This document shows, in pieces, positions 62,380-64,000 of a DNA stretch of 64,000 bases. Below the pieces are notes generated by a model that saw only the letters and a program-made list of their open reading frames with translations, was not told the DNA's origin and searched no databases. A program made the translations under genes and the position numbers. This stretch comes from Ginglymostoma cirratum (lineage: Eukaryota), in assembly GCA_024137785.1 (NCBI GenBank), contig JAHRHZ010000016.1, positions 41,559,305 through 41,623,304 of the forward strand, given 5' to 3'. Every line of letters begins with the position of its first letter. Position 1 is the first letter of the stretch.

Positions 62380-62885
62380 TTATCAACATGCAGCACCTCA
62401 CATTTATCTAAATTTTAACTCCATCTATCACCCTCAATCCAATGGTCCATCTGATTAGGTCCCATTGTAACCTTAGATAACCTTCTTCACTGTCCACTAC
62501 AGCACCAAGTTTGGTGTCATCTGCAATCAATAACCATACCTCCTATATTCACATCCAACTCATATAAATGACGAAAAGCAGTGGATCCAGCACCAGTCCT
62601 TGTGGCACAGCATGGTCACAGGCCTCCTCTCTGAAAAGCAACCCCCTACCACCACTCTCTATCTCCTACTTTCAAGGCAATTTTGTATCTAATTGGCTGG
62701 CTCCCCCTGGATCCCACGTGACGTAACCTTACTAACCAGTCTACCAAGTGGAACTTTGTTGAACGATTTGCTGAAGTCAATATAGACAATGTCTACTGCT
62801 CTACCTTTATCAATCTTCTTTGTCACCTCTTCAAAGAACTCAATCAAGTTACTGAGACAGGATTTCCCATGTACAAATTCATGTT
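62380..62885 (-). mobile_element. CR1 ORF2 RT fragment
   Basis: ttggtgtcatctgcaa is antisense (F)ADDTK; gaacgatttgctgaagtcaatatagacaatgtc is antisense DIVYIDFSKSF. Confidence 0.85.
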
Positions 62886-63894
62886 GGCTATATTAAAAGC
62901 GTGACATTGAAGTGTTGCATGCCATATTTCTACCCAAGGGCAATGCTGCGGATTGAACAGCTGAATTGGGCAGGCATGGGTTTATAATCAGTAATTAACT
63001 GCACCTGATCAATGTGATGCAGGAGGCACATCAACTTCATGCCATGTGTGTAGCTTGCAGCCAGCATTAATCTCCCGATTAAGGGGCCCTCACAGCTCAA
63101 CAGGAGGCAAAAAATCATTCTAGTCGACATTTGCCACATGTCATTCTGTGGGTGGCATTACATATTCCATCAAAGTAATGCATGCCCATGCATCTACCAT
63201 CAAGGTAATTATTATAGACTTCCTATAGTTGGGAGAGCTAGGTCTGGTGAGAACTACCTTCTCTGAGATAGTGAGATCATTCATGCACCCAATTATCTCC
63301 AAGAATGATTGGTTAAAGGAAAATGATCATAATGTGTATCTTCAATTTTACAATAGATTCATTGTATACACATGCACGTGGACCCACACATGTATAACTT
63401 CACAGATGTAGGTAAAAGAGGGATCTCCCTTTTCAGTGTTTATTCAATCGCGGCAGAGATTCACCAATATTATTCTAATGAGGCTTGATCATAAACCTTG
63501 TTCAAGTCTCTAACGAGTTTTAGTGAGAGCCTGGTGTGATCGTTTGTTTGATAAATATAGGGAACAAGACTCAGATCAGGAATCCAAATGATCTTTGATG
63601 TAACCAAACAATTAAAATACTTGCATTTACTGCTTTCATGCTGTCATACAGTAAGTTACAAGGATGGCATCACAAAGCACTAAGGGAATTTACTTCTAAT
63701 TCCATATGAAAGAATCTGTTGCATAAATCAATACATAGCTCTTTTTTGTGTTGATTCAATTTATGAATGTAAGACTTCAAGACAGTGCACTAACTCATGT
63801 TCGATTAGGGGCTTTATCACTACTTTAGTTATCAGCATATAGTTTGGAAAGACCGCTGGTCACATTGGAAAACTGTCCAACAATTTGTTTCACT

Positions 63895-64000
63895 AATTGT
63901 GTTACTCCAGTACCACCTTCCAAATCCATGACCTCCACCATCTGGAAGAAGAAGGGCAACTGATTTATGGGACATACATCATCTGCATACACCAACCATA
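63895..64000 (+). mobile_element. CR1/L2-group LINE fragment running off the window end
   Basis: caccttccaaatccatgacctccaccatctggaagaagaagggca matches 7643-7690. Confidence 0.6.

Noticed and set aside
1-64000. CRISPR arrays, operons or prokaryotic defence systems
   Set aside because: This is eukaryotic spliced-gene DNA with no regularly spaced repeat-spacer array.

Overview
Intron-rich vertebrate genomic DNA, almost certainly from a cartilaginous fish (HE1-type and Deu-domain SINEs, shark-type CR1, Penelope and Rex1 fragments). The window lies inside one + strand VEGF-receptor gene. Eight internal coding exons (6118-60139, GT-AG, phase-compatible, 1194 nt, about 398 codons, no stops) encode Ig-like domains 1-4. 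From recalled motifs the best match is kdrl (VEGFR4), with flt1 the alternative; exon 1 and the rest of the gene lie outside the window. The introns are a mosaic of decayed retroelements, PIF/Harbinger remnants (transposase and Myb/SANT partner) and two candidate solo LTRs. The most unusual signal is a series of about 10 minimal hammerhead-ribozyme-like motifs (CTGAnGA-A-stem II-GAAA plus a palindromic stem III) on Penelope termini. Several are in the sense orientation of the receptor pre-mRNA, and one pair is inverted. Most entries in the supplied ORF track are spurious or transposon debris. Repeat boundaries were estimated by eye.
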